Below, piece by piece: positions 18,675-27,939 of a DNA stretch of 64,000 bases. How positions within the stretch are numbered: the stretch's first letter is position 1; every line of letters starts with the position of its first letter. Under the pieces are notes generated by a model. That model did not search any database. It was not told the origin of the DNA and was given only the letters and a program-made list of their open reading frames with translations. This DNA comes from Thermodesulfobacteriota bacterium (GTDB lineage Bacteria; Desulfobacterota_D; UBA1144; Nemesobacterales; JAJCZQ01): NCBI GenBank assembly GCA_965203965.1, contig CBDBDR010000017.1, positions 96,001 to 160,000 of the forward strand. Reading direction: 5' to 3'. Both the position numbers and the translations under genes were made by a program.

Positions 18675-20342
18675 ATGAGAGCACCAGTTATTGCCATAAT
18701 CGTTTTTATAGCCTATTTCCTTGGATACAAATTTTACTCATTATACTTGTCCAAAAGAATCTTCAAACTGTCTGACGATGAACTAACACCAGCAAACGAG
18801 ATCAATGACGGTGTGGATTTTGTCCCATCTCAAAAGCATGTTTTGTTCGGACATCATTTTGCTTCTATTGCTGGTGCCGCACCGATAATCGGACCTGCAA
18901 TTGCGGTGTTCTGGGGTTGGTTGCCGGCTGTTTTATGGATTGTTTTCGGAACTATTTTAATGGGTGCCGTTCATGATTTTTCCGCACTCGTAGTTTCGGC
19001 GAGAAACAAAGGACGATCCATAAGCAACCTTGCGGGAAATTTTATTAATCCAAGGGCAAGAACTCTTTTTATGCTTATCGTTTATTTCTTGATATTTTTC
19101 GTGATGGCTGTATTTGCCTATTCGGTTGCATCACTGTTTGTAATGTTTCCTTCAAGTGTGGTTCCAGTTAATTTTGAGATCATTGTAGCTGTATTGCTAG
19201 GCTTTCTATTTTATAAAAAAGGGGTGCCTCTTCTTTGGCCTTCAATCATAGCTCTTGTGGCTCTCTATCTGATGATATGGGTGGGAACCAAGCTGCCGGT
19301 ACATGTACCTGAGGTCATGGGCTCACAGATAGTAACGTGGATAATATTCCTTTTTATTTACTCTTTTATAGCATCTGTTCTCCCAGTGTGGACACTGTTG
19401 CAGCCCAGAGATTATATAAATAGCCATCAATTAATCGTTGGACTTGGAGTTGTGATTTTGGCGTTATTCGTTGCTAATCCTATGATGCAGGCACCAGCCT
19501 TTAATACCAACGCGAGCTTGGATGGAATACCGCTGACCCCTTTTCTTTTTGTGACGGTAGCATGTGGTGCAATAAGTGGGTTTCACGGTCTTGTTGCTAG
19601 CGGAACAACGTCCAAACAGTTGAACCGGATGACTGATGCAAGATTTATCGGTTATGGTGGGATGATAGGTGAAGCTACCCTTGCGATGCTTGCAACTTTG
19701 GCAGTTGCTGCTGGAATTGAGCACAGCGTCTGGCTGGATAAATATGCTACGTGGCATCTTGCCTTGGACAGTGGAATTGGCAATTTTGTCCTCGGTACCT
19801 CTTCATTTTTAAAATCGCTTATGATCCCTGAAGTAGTCGGAACCACTTTGATAAGCGTTATGATAATCAGTTTTGCAGCAACTTCGCTTGATACTGCAAC
19901 ACGTATCCAGAGGTTCATAATAGAAGAGTTAGGGTCGGTATACAAAATAAACATGCTTAAAAACAGGTATGTCGCATCACTTTTTGCAGTTATTCCAGCT
20001 TTAATGCTTGCTCTTCTTGTAGAAGCCCCCGGTAAGGGTCCGGGTTCAGGTGGAATTCTACTCTGGCCACTATTTGGATCCACCAACCAACTTGTAGCAG
20101 CAATTACACTTCTAGTTGTAACTGTATATATGTGGAAAGCTAATAAGCCGGTAATTTATACTTTGATACCCATGGTTCTGCTTATAATTATGACAATAGC
20201 TTCAATGATTTTGAATTTCAAGGTTTTTTCAAACAACTACCTATTATTAATACTTTCAGCAATCATTCTTGCACTTGCAGTGTGGCTGGTGCTTGAAACT
20301 CTTATATTTTACAGAAATGAAAAAGGCAAGAAAGACACTTAA
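18675..20342 (+). CDS. cstA: Carbon starvation protein A (peptide/pyruvate transporter)
   Basis: DGVDFVP, GHHFASIAGAAPIIGP, GAVHDF, LLQPRDY, ACGAISGFH, LWPLFGSTNQL. Confidence 0.95.
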   Translation: MRAPVIAIIVFIAYFLGYKFYSLYLSKRIFKLSDDELTPANEINDGVDFVPSQKHVLFGHHFASIAGAAPIIGPAIAVFWGWLPAVLWIVFGTILMGAVHDFSALVVSARNKGRSISNLAGNFINPRARTLFMLIVYFLIFFVMAVFAYSVASLFVMFPSSVVPVNFEIIVAVLLGFLFYKKGVPLLWPSIIALVALYLMIWVGTKLPVHVPEVMGSQIVTWIIFLFIYSFIASVLPVWTLLQPRDYINSHQLIVGLGVVILALFVANPMMQAPAFNTNASLDGIPLTPFLFVTVACGAISGFHGLVASGTTSKQLNRMTDARFIGYGGMIGEATLAMLATLAVAAGIEHSVWLDKYATWHLALDSGIGNFVLGTSSFLKSLMIPEVVGTTLISVMIISFAATSLDTATRIQRFIIEELGSVYKINMLKNRYVASLFAVIPALMLALLVEAPGKGPGSGGILLWPLFGSTNQLVAAITLLVVTVYMWKANKPVIYTLIPMVLLIIMTIASMILNFKVFSNNYLLLILSAIILALAVWLVLETLIFYRNEKGKKDT

Positions 20343-20944
20343 ATTTCCTTCCTATCTTTCAAGGCTTTTGCTATGGTCAGTTCATCTATGTATTCAAGGT
20401 CTCCTCCCATAGGTATGCCGTGGGCTAGCCTGGTTACTTTAACACCAAGAGGTTTTACCAGTTTTGCAATATATAATGAGGTTGCCTCTCCCTCAACGCT
20501 TGGATTAGTGGCTATTAGCACTTCATCTGTTGATGTGTTTTCAAGGCGTCTTATAAGATCAGAAATCATTAAATCATCAGGTCCAACTCCATCGAGTGGT
20601 GATATAACACCGTTTAATACATGATAAGCTCCCTTGAACTCACCACTTTTTTCTATTGCCATTAGATCAAGGGGGTCTTCAACCACACAGATAACTGATC
20701 TGGTGCGTGAGTGGTCAGTGCATATAGCGCAGGGGTCAGTAGAAGATAGGTTAAAGCACGTGCTGCACGTGCGGACTTTGGATTTTGTTTCCGATATTGC
20801 TCTGGCAAGCCCCTGAGTATACTCGTCCCTAGATTTCAATATATAGAAAGCAAGCCTTGTGGCATTTTTTTCTCCGATACCGGGCAACTTGGAAAACTCT
20901 TCAATAAGTCTGAATACAGGTTCTGGAAGTCCGCTTCGGCTCAT
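20339..20944 (-). CDS. recR: Recombination mediator RecR
   Basis: LPGIGEKNATRLA, C4 zinc finger, YHVLNG, ATNPSVEGEAT, GIPMGGDLEY. Confidence 0.97.
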   Translation of the reverse strand: MSRSGLPEPVFRLIEEFSKLPGIGEKNATRLAFYILKSRDEYTQGLARAISETKSKVRTCSTCFNLSSTDPCAICTDHSRTRSVICVVEDPLDLMAIEKSGEFKGAYHVLNGVISPLDGVGPDDLMISDLIRRLENTSTDEVLIATNPSVEGEATSLYIAKLVKPLGVKVTRLAHGIPMGGDLEYIDELTIAKALKDRKEI

Positions 20945-20946
20945 GC

Positions 20947-21270
20947 TTAAAGGAGACCGGGAGGCAGACCAAGATCGCCAGCGAGTTTTGCAACTTCACT
21001 CTTCATCTTTTGTTGTCCTTGATTCAATGCTTCGTTTACGGCAGCAACTATAAGGTCTTGGAGCATGTCAACGTCGTTGTCATTTATAACTTCAGGGTCA
21101 ATTGTTATGGATGTGATCTCACCCTTGGCTTTTGCCGTAACGGTTACCATTCCACCACCTGATGTGACTTCAAGCTCTTTCTCTCCAACTTCTGATTGCA
21201 TCTTTTCCATTTGTTCTTTCATTCTGGATGCTTGCTTAACTAAATTCTTCACGTTTCCGCCAAGTTTCAT
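20947..21270 (-). CDS. ybaB: YbaB/EbfC nucleoid-associated protein
   Basis: SGGGMVTV and DVDMLQDLIVAAVNEA; immediately upstream of recR. Confidence 0.95.
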   Translation of the reverse strand: MKLGGNVKNLVKQASRMKEQMEKMQSEVGEKELEVTSGGGMVTVTAKAKGEITSITIDPEVINDNDVDMLQDLIVAAVNEALNQGQQKMKSEVAKLAGDLGLPPGLL

Positions 21271-21346
21271 ATTGATGCTCCTTTGTTGTTATATATTTTG
21301 TATTTTACTGTGCTTTAAGGTTAATGCATGAATATTTTATATTAAT

Positions 21347-24298
21347 TCAAATAAAATTAAAGGAACGTATGTTTTGTTCCTCGTTCTCTTTGAACGAATA
21401 TGGTTTATTCGATATAAGTGGTTCTTGACTAATCCATTGACGCCATTGATCTGTAATACTTTTATCTACATTTAACATGTTCGCAGTTTCATGATCTATA
21501 ATACGACGTGTTTCATCAGCATAAGCGTTGGATAAACGTTGCAATGGAATATCTTTTACCTGATTGAATACATTGATAAGTAATTCCAAATCAACTCTAT
21601 CTGGATTAGGAAGCATAAGTGTTTTTAGATAATCTCCCTCAAAATTCGGATAAGTTAATATTTTAGTTCTCCAATTGAGCATCTGAATTATCCCAAAACT
21701 GGAATTCATAAATATAGCAAATGCTTTTGCTAATTCTGAATCTCTTACACCGATAGGTCTATATGCACTTCCAATGGCAGGTTGTTCACTGTAAATAGCT
21801 ATACAACGAGTGTTCGTTGTTCTAAGTCTAGTTGGAATTAAAATATAATCAGCTTTTTCCCAATCCTTTCTTGCACCTATTTCATGCCCTGGTCTAATGT
21901 ATGCTTTATGTGTGGGTTTAACATTAATTTTATTAATTACATATTCTGCAATGGTACAAAACATATCACCATCTTTGCTTTCAGTATAATTAAAATTACT
22001 CCTGATAGATCGACTATCTGGCTTAAAATCATATTTATTCCCAGCTATTTCCAGTCCACTAAGTTCTCTAATTTGTTCATACACCCTCGGCAATTCTGAA
22101 TTCACCCACTGGCATGGAGTCCAATCTCCCAAAGATACCTTGGCTTCATCCCATAAAGTCTCTGTATACAACCCACTTGGAGATCGTGACTTAATCGCAT
22201 TAATTAAAACCTCAGATTCCTTTAATGTCCCCGGATATTTTAAAATTTGAATAAATCGCGTTGGTTTTCGCTTTCTACTACGGCGTCCAATTATAAGAGA
22301 TTCATGAATATTAGTATTTTCTGAAAAATTTGGATGTTTTGGATCATGTGATGTAAGTATCATTTCAACTTGAAAATGCTTTCCAATATATTTTCTTTGA
22401 TCATTACCATTATTGGAAGTACACATTGTAGTTGGAATTACTTGAGCAAGTGTTCCCGATTCTGCTGCTAAAATAGCATTAGTTATAGGAGTAAAATAAG
22501 GTTGAATACTCCCTTCATTAATAGATGCACCAATATCGGGATTATTCCGTTTAAGTAATTTCCTAATTTGACTGCGCCGATCTTTCAATGCATCTCTCGT
22601 ATTATTTGTAAATTTTCTTCCAGTGCTTTCTAAGTTAGTAAATGGTGGATTACAAATTACAGCATCCAATTCTTGAGGAACCATCATGTCCACATTTTCA
22701 TTTTCCACATTCACGGAATCTAATACTAAATTATCAGGAATAATCTGATTTTTCATAATAGATTTGTCCAGTAACATTTCAATAGTTCCAAGTCTTACAT
22801 CTTTTACATCTCCGCCTGTAGCACCTCTTACAGGACCATATGGGAGAACACGAAGATTCATTCCTCGATAATCAGTGTTCGGAGCACCTATAGTCAAATT
22901 GCAAGCGGTAAGTTGTATTGCTGTTTTATTAATATCAAATCCATACATGCTGTTTTCTACTAAATCCCGATGCAATGTTTCGATTTGACCATCATCTAAA
23001 TTACCAGCCTTCTGAGCATGAGATTTAATAGCGTTAAGAGCAGCCATCAATAACGTTCCCGTTCCACATGCCGGATCACAAATACGCAACCTCTTAACCG
23101 TCTCTATATCACTCCAATCCATAAATGCTTCATTGAAAGCCAACTCTGCAAGTAAAAAAGCCGACAAGTTTTTGGTATAAAGAGCTCCATCACTTTTCCG
23201 ACTCCCCAACACTTTATGATATAAAGGACCTGCATGATCAAACCCCATTTTATTTAATGTAGTTGCATTCTGAATAGCACAATCAATCAATGTTAATACC
23301 GCATTATTAATTGCCTCCACCCCGTGCAATCTCTCAACTAAATTATTTAAGAGTGAAACTGCATCCTGAAAAATCGGACTGTAATCCTTTTCCAATATGA
23401 ATTCCCATGCACTTTGCAATATACTGATTGGATCTCTCTTCGTTCGCGCCTTCTCGATTTTTACTAAATCACTCAAATTACCAGTATCCTCAAGCCGCCG
23501 ATGCATAATACAAGCATTTACAATAAGCAATGCTGCTGTCTTACAACTTTCATCTTTCTCCGGATTTGGATCTGTGCCTATCGTATCCGCAATAATTTTA
23601 GTGGCATTTTCATTGTGAAAAATACGGCTGGCTGTATCCACTGCCTGGCTAATTGCATCAGCTGTATATTTGCCTTGACGTAAAAACCCAGCAGTATTGG
23701 AAATAAAAGCATAAATATCTTGAACATTTTCCTCGTCCAATAATGACTGTTGCATCATAGGTATATCTTCTTGCGGTATATCACTAAGGACATCATCTTT
23801 TTGTCTAACCTCATAAATTGAAAGATGGTCGTATAATTCAGTCAGTAATCGGTTATCATGGGATTGCAACGCCTTTAAAACATTGCCCAAGGGTTTGAAC
23901 CTGGAATTGTCTGCTTTCAATGTATCTATAATATTAGCATTTGCAGGTAATACTACAGGTACAATAATATAACCAAATTCTTTCCCAGAGTTGTCATCTC
24001 TGCGCATCACCCGTCCTACCGCTTGAATTGTATCTACCTGACTTTTACGCGGGTCCAAAAATGCAATTGCATTTAATGCCGGAACATCAATCCCTTCTGT
24101 AAATAATTTTGCATTGGTAATCAATTGAGGAGTTTCCTTAGAAGCATCATCATTGAGAATTCGCAAGGCACTATTTCTATCTAATGCATTGGTCTTTCCA
24201 TCCACATGTTGGGTATTTATCTGAAGTGCTTTTTTCGCACCTTGATTTTTCTTTCTAGCTTGTTTTGTTACCCATTCCTTTACTTTTCCATCAACCAA
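21347..24298 (-). CDS. C-terminal part of the split R-M enzyme: helicase C-domain + adenine MTase + TRD-like region
   Basis: TEGIDVPAL, QAVGRVMR, motif I DPACGTG, GFDIN, motif IV NPPF. Confidence 0.75.
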   Translation of the reverse strand: MVDGKVKEWVTKQARKKNQGAKKALQINTQHVDGKTNALDRNSALRILNDDASKETPQLITNAKLFTEGIDVPALNAIAFLDPRKSQVDTIQAVGRVMRRDDNSGKEFGYIIVPVVLPANANIIDTLKADNSRFKPLGNVLKALQSHDNRLLTELYDHLSIYEVRQKDDVLSDIPQEDIPMMQQSLLDEENVQDIYAFISNTAGFLRQGKYTADAISQAVDTASRIFHNENATKIIADTIGTDPNPEKDESCKTAALLIVNACIMHRRLEDTGNLSDLVKIEKARTKRDPISILQSAWEFILEKDYSPIFQDAVSLLNNLVERLHGVEAINNAVLTLIDCAIQNATTLNKMGFDHAGPLYHKVLGSRKSDGALYTKNLSAFLLAELAFNEAFMDWSDIETVKRLRICDPACGTGTLLMAALNAIKSHAQKAGNLDDGQIETLHRDLVENSMYGFDINKTAIQLTACNLTIGAPNTDYRGMNLRVLPYGPVRGATGGDVKDVRLGTIEMLLDKSIMKNQIIPDNLVLDSVNVENENVDMMVPQELDAVICNPPFTNLESTGRKFTNNTRDALKDRRSQIRKLLKRNNPDIGASINEGSIQPYFTPITNAILAAESGTLAQVIPTTMCTSNNGNDQRKYIGKHFQVEMILTSHDPKHPNFSENTNIHESLIIGRRSRKRKPTRFIQILKYPGTLKESEVLINAIKSRSPSGLYTETLWDEAKVSLGDWTPCQWVNSELPRVYEQIRELSGLEIAGNKYDFKPDSRSIRSNFNYTESKDGDMFCTIAEYVINKINVKPTHKAYIRPGHEIGARKDWEKADYILIPTRLRTTNTRCIAIYSEQPAIGSAYRPIGVRDSELAKAFAIFMNSSFGIIQMLNWRTKILTYPNFEGDYLKTLMLPNPDRVDLELLINVFNQVKDIPLQRLSNAYADETRRIIDHETANMLNVDKSITDQWRQWISQEPLISNKPYSFKENEEQNIRSFNFI

Positions 24299-25810
24299 TC
24301 AACTTGCAAGCCATTTTGAACGCCTAATATTGCTGGCATAAGCAATTGTTCGCTCAATTACATCAGGTGCATTACTACCATCTACCAACCCATTAATTCC
24401 AAGAGCAATTGCAAGTAATCCTAAAGCAGCCTGATCATCTGCAGCCTTTCCTGCCATGCCCTGCACAGATGCACTGGTCTCTTCATTTAAATGAATCAGT
24501 CGCCTAAGAAATTCTGTTCCAATTAAATTTTCCGGAACACTCAATGCAATCACCCTGTAATCACAAAGCATGTTATTTTCAACAGCTTTCTTAAAACTCA
24601 ATCGATAAAATTCCCGTCCATATATTTCATTATCATTCATATCTACAATTTCAATATCACTATCTTTTCTTACTTTGTTTTTATATACACGCGGCGTTGC
24701 AGTCATATATAAACGTTTTCTGGCTTGTATTTTCTTTCCATCATGTATCAACTGAAATAGATTGGATGATTCCCCAGAAATTATTCCAGTCGTTCGATGA
24801 GCTTCATCTATAATCGCTATATCGAAAACATGCTTGTCTTTTGATTCTCTAATTGTTCTATTTAGATCTTGCTGTGCCTCCAAAAGCTTGTCTAGCGATT
24901 GATAAGTGCAAAATACCACACGAGCAGAATCAGGAGGAATTTTCCTATTAAGTAATGATTCTATTTCAACCGGATCAGTCGTTACCGGACATGGCAATTC
25001 CATTACAGTCATTCCTTCTTTAACTGTTTTTCCTGCTGTTTTATCCGAGCAAATGACAATACAATTCAAATCCCGTTGTGTATGATTTAGCCACTCTCTA
25101 CGAATCTGAGCAACTAAAGCAATAGATGGGGCAATAAAAAGTATATTCGTAGGCTTATCTATAAACGGGAGTGCAATTTCCTCAGCTATTCTAAGGGCAC
25201 AAAAGGTTTTCCCTGTTCCACAGGGCATTATCAAACGGCCACGACTAGCATCTGTATCCTGAAATCCGGCAACAACACTATTTATAGCCTCTTTTTGCAA
25301 TTTCCATGGTTCACGGATTTTAGGCTTAACATATTTTTGAATTACATGGTTGCCATATTGATTAAAATCAATAAGCCGAAGATTATTCTTATTTTTAAAT
25401 AATTTAAACGCATCAGGTGTAAAATTATTTTTATTGCCAGTTATATATTCACCCTGCTGATCTCGCATTTCCAAAGATTTTTGTTTTTCTGTTCTCGACA
25501 GAGTGACAAACCAATACAAATCAAAAATACCTTCATTGATTGCAGCAAGAAAATTTTGTACCTGAGATTTTCCAATTGCAGTACTTTCATAATACTTGCA
25601 TTGAATTGCTACCCGCTCTCCGGTTTTTAAATAGGCAACTAAATCAATACCACAATCTTTCCCATCATAAAAGAACGAATCAAATTTATTCTTTTCTTGT
25701 TGAACCCAATCACTCCAGCGTGAAACAGACTCTATTTCTAAATCTTCTATATGCGGCGCTACAATTTCGAATAATTTTTCAAATTCCCTGCCCTTCTTTT
25801 GAGAACTCAA
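24299..25810 (-). CDS. N-terminal part of the split R-M enzyme: PD-(D/E)xK nuclease + helicase ATPase domain
   Basis: KGREFE, DCGIDLVA..VAIQCKYY, Walker A GTGKT, DEAH, TATPR. Confidence 0.75.
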   Translation of the reverse strand: MSSQKKGREFEKLFEIVAPHIEDLEIESVSRWSDWVQQEKNKFDSFFYDGKDCGIDLVAYLKTGERVAIQCKYYESTAIGKSQVQNFLAAINEGIFDLYWFVTLSRTEKQKSLEMRDQQGEYITGNKNNFTPDAFKLFKNKNNLRLIDFNQYGNHVIQKYVKPKIREPWKLQKEAINSVVAGFQDTDASRGRLIMPCGTGKTFCALRIAEEIALPFIDKPTNILFIAPSIALVAQIRREWLNHTQRDLNCIVICSDKTAGKTVKEGMTVMELPCPVTTDPVEIESLLNRKIPPDSARVVFCTYQSLDKLLEAQQDLNRTIRESKDKHVFDIAIIDEAHRTTGIISGESSNLFQLIHDGKKIQARKRLYMTATPRVYKNKVRKDSDIEIVDMNDNEIYGREFYRLSFKKAVENNMLCDYRVIALSVPENLIGTEFLRRLIHLNEETSASVQGMAGKAADDQAALGLLAIALGINGLVDGSNAPDVIERTIAYASNIRRSKWLAS

Positions 25811-25924
25811 CGAGCGAGCCTCAAATCCCTTTAAAATATCATTGATTTTACACCCGTAGTATTCAGTTTTTATATCAATCTCCCCTAATAAATATGATTT
25901 TAACTGTATTTATCGACGATAAAC

Positions 25925-26325
25925 TCACAGTGAGTTATTCTCATTTATCAAAGACTTGAGAGTAATAGTCTTACCAATCGTCTCTGAAAACAAAATAGTA
26001 ATACAATCAAGAGTATCAACTTTATAAATCCCTTGATTTAAGCGAAAAGTAAATTCATCTATATAACGCTTCATATGCTTTACACTCCGATGGTGATAAA
26101 CCCCATAGTAACCACGCTTGATAACAGACCATACATTTTCTATGCTGTTAGTATGTGCTATCCCACAAATTCTTTTGCCGAGTGTTTTTTCGCACCCTGG
26201 TGATTGTAAAAAAGTCCGTCTATATCTATATAACCTCTATGATTATCCGTATAAATGGTGCTACCAATCTCAACCTTCTTACGGACAGTATATTCTGGTT
26301 TTTTTTATCTGATTTCTATTGTGGT
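25925..26325 (-). mobile_element. Degenerate IS1595-family (ISXO2-like DDE) transposase remnant, C-terminal half, frameshifted
   Basis: Manual translation gives KVEIGSTIYTDNHRGY...HSAKEFV, a frameshift near 26165, then IAHTNSIENVWSVIKRGYYGVYHHRSVKHMKRYIDEFTFRLN...TGA at 25925-25927. These are the characteristic IS1595 motifs. Confidence 0.88.
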
Positions 26326-26537
26326 CTCTACGTTTGTCAATAATCAAACGATAACGTGTTATTTTCTACAAAACTCATTTGATCGACATTGTTTTTTGTG
26401 AGGTATTTATGACTCTAAAATATAGTAAACACAATAACCTAACAAATAAACACTGAAAAACGGATAATGTATTTTAGTGAAACGGTCTCGGTTCAATATT
26501 TGTTGCGCAGTTGTCCTTGCTAAATTACCATTCATAT

Positions 26538-26987
26538 TTAAATCTGTTTTTTGCTGTCAATCAAAATCGTAACGGGTCCCGAATTTGAAAGATACACGTT
26601 CATAAAAGCACCAAATACTCCTTCTTCCACTTTTAATCCACTGCTTTTCAATGTATTAAGAAATGTCTTATATAGTCCCCTTGCTTCATCGGCATTTGCT
26701 GCTTTATCGTAAGAAGGTCTATTACCCTTTCGACAGTCCCCGTAAAGTGTGAACTGTGGTACTAACAATATATCTCCTTTTATATCTAGGATATTTAAAT
26801 TCATTCTGGCTTGATCATCGTCAAATATCCTCAGTTTTAATATTTTATCGGCGAGATAGGATGTGTCTTGATCATTATCATCTACTGATATTCCTAAAAG
26901 TATCAGAAGCCCTTTTCCTATTTTCCCTGAAACTTTGCTCTCAACCTCTACATTAGCCGAGTTGACTCTTTGAACCACTGCTCTCAA
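26538..26987 (-). CDS. dtd: D-aminoacyl-tRNA deacylase
   Basis: MRAVVQRV, LRIFDD, PQFTLYGD, GNRPS, NSGPVT. Confidence 0.96.
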   Translation of the reverse strand: MRAVVQRVNSANVEVESKVSGKIGKGLLILLGISVDDNDQDTSYLADKILKLRIFDDDQARMNLNILDIKGDILLVPQFTLYGDCRKGNRPSYDKAANADEARGLYKTFLNTLKSSGLKVEEGVFGAFMNVYLSNSGPVTILIDSKKQI

Positions 26988-27027
26988 TGCTTATGTTGTC
27001 TCCCTAATTTTAACACTTGTGTCATTA

Positions 27028-27939
27028 TTAAAAGACGGTCAATATTCCGAGTATGGCACCGAGTGTGCTGACCGGTGCAAGGTCTTCGAGAGTATCAACC
27101 CCTTTTTCAATTTTCAAGGTTGTATTTTTGGCATCATAATAAAGAGAATCGTCATTAACCAGTTTTCCCAGAGTCCCCTTACCACTGTTGACTTTTTTAA
27201 GTATTTTGTTTAGTTTTTCAGCTGCTTTAGTTGCTTGCACGTAGAGCCTGTCATCGTTCATAAGTTTTCCAATAGTGCTATCCGAGTTGTTTAGCTTTTC
27301 TGATGCTTTTCTTAATTCCTTTACAGCTAATCCGACTTCTTTGTAGAGCGTGTCATCATTTACAAGTTTGCCAATCGTTCCCTTGCCCGTTGCCAGATTA
27401 TCCATAACTGTGTCAAGGTTTGTGAAGATACTACTTATTTCTTGGCTATTATTGCTCAACATGCCGAACACACCGAGTGCATTGTCCAGTGAGTCAATTG
27501 AAGAATCGAGTTTTGTTAAAATCTGATTTAACTCCGTGGGGTTTTTACTTGGAAGAGGTGCATCACCAAGGGTTAAAGCCCCCGTGTCGGATCCAAAAGT
27601 CAGGTTTATATAGCTTGTTCCAAGCAGACTGCTAAGTTGGATGGATGCAACTGAATCGTTCTTCACCGGAGCATTCTTTTGAACTTCCATTGTCACTTTT
27701 AATTTCCTATTTTCCAAGTTGATCGATGAAATTTTTCCTATGACAAGCCCTTTAATTTTTACTGCATTTCCCTCTCTTAATTCACCCACTGAGTCAAAAT
27801 AGGTATAAACGATTTTGGTGTTTGAGCGAAATGGTATCTCACCAAGAAAATCCATCACAATTACCAATACTAATATGCCGAGCATAAAAAACATCCCTAC
27901 TTTATATTCATTTTTCATATTGACCTCCATTATAGTCAA
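27028..27939 (-). CDS. mlaD: MCE-domain protein MlaD with an extended helical repeat region
   Basis: KVGMFF TM helix, MCE domain (GELREGNAVKIKGLVIG...LLGTSYINL), then three GT(I/L)GKL(V/M)NDDxLY-type repeats. Confidence 0.9.
   Translation of the reverse strand: MTIMEVNMKNEYKVGMFFMLGILVLVIVMDFLGEIPFRSNTKIVYTYFDSVGELREGNAVKIKGLVIGKISSINLENRKLKVTMEVQKNAPVKNDSVASIQLSSLLGTSYINLTFGSDTGALTLGDAPLPSKNPTELNQILTKLDSSIDSLDNALGVFGMLSNNSQEISSIFTNLDTVMDNLATGKGTIGKLVNDDTLYKEVGLAVKELRKASEKLNNSDSTIGKLMNDDRLYVQATKAAEKLNKILKKVNSGKGTLGKLVNDDSLYYDAKNTTLKIEKGVDTLEDLAPVSTLGAILGILTVF
27137..27390 (-). repeat. Three ~102-bp (34-aa) coding repeats within mlaD
   Basis: GKGTIGKLVNDDTLY / SDSTIGKLMNDDRLY / GKGTLGKLVNDDSLY at about 102-nt spacing. 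Confidence 0.8.

Larger units (their letters stand above)
21347..25873 (-). pseudogene. Single-chain restriction-modification-like enzyme (Mrr-type nuclease + SF2 helicase + N6-adenine MTase + specificity region; Type ISP/IIL-like), interrupted by an in-frame TGA at 24299-24301
   Basis: The two track ORFs (24299-25810 and 21347-24298) are contiguous in one frame: ...KWLAS-TGA-LVDGK.... Motifs in order: GIDLVA..AIQCK, PCGTGKT, DEAHRT, MTATPR | LFTEGIDVP, QAVGRVMR, DPACGTGTLL, NPPF. The frame stays open upstream to ATA 25873, behind AGGGGAG. Confidence 0.8.

Noticed and set aside
24260..24301. Selenocysteine or alternative genetic code (UGA=Trp/Gly) explanation for the in-frame TGA
   Set aside because: No convincing SECIS-like hairpin follows the TGA and the position is not an evident catalytic Cys site. 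Trp is encoded by TGG nearby, and TGA is used as a normal stop elsewhere (e.g. mutL, gmhA).
26118..26343. Two short plus-strand ORFs (64 aa and 62 aa)
   Set aside because: They are shadows of the minus-strand IS1595 transposase remnant.
21271..26537. Terminal inverted repeats or target-site duplication bounding the putative IS1595 element
   Set aside because: I could not find a convincing pair by eye in the AT-rich flanks.
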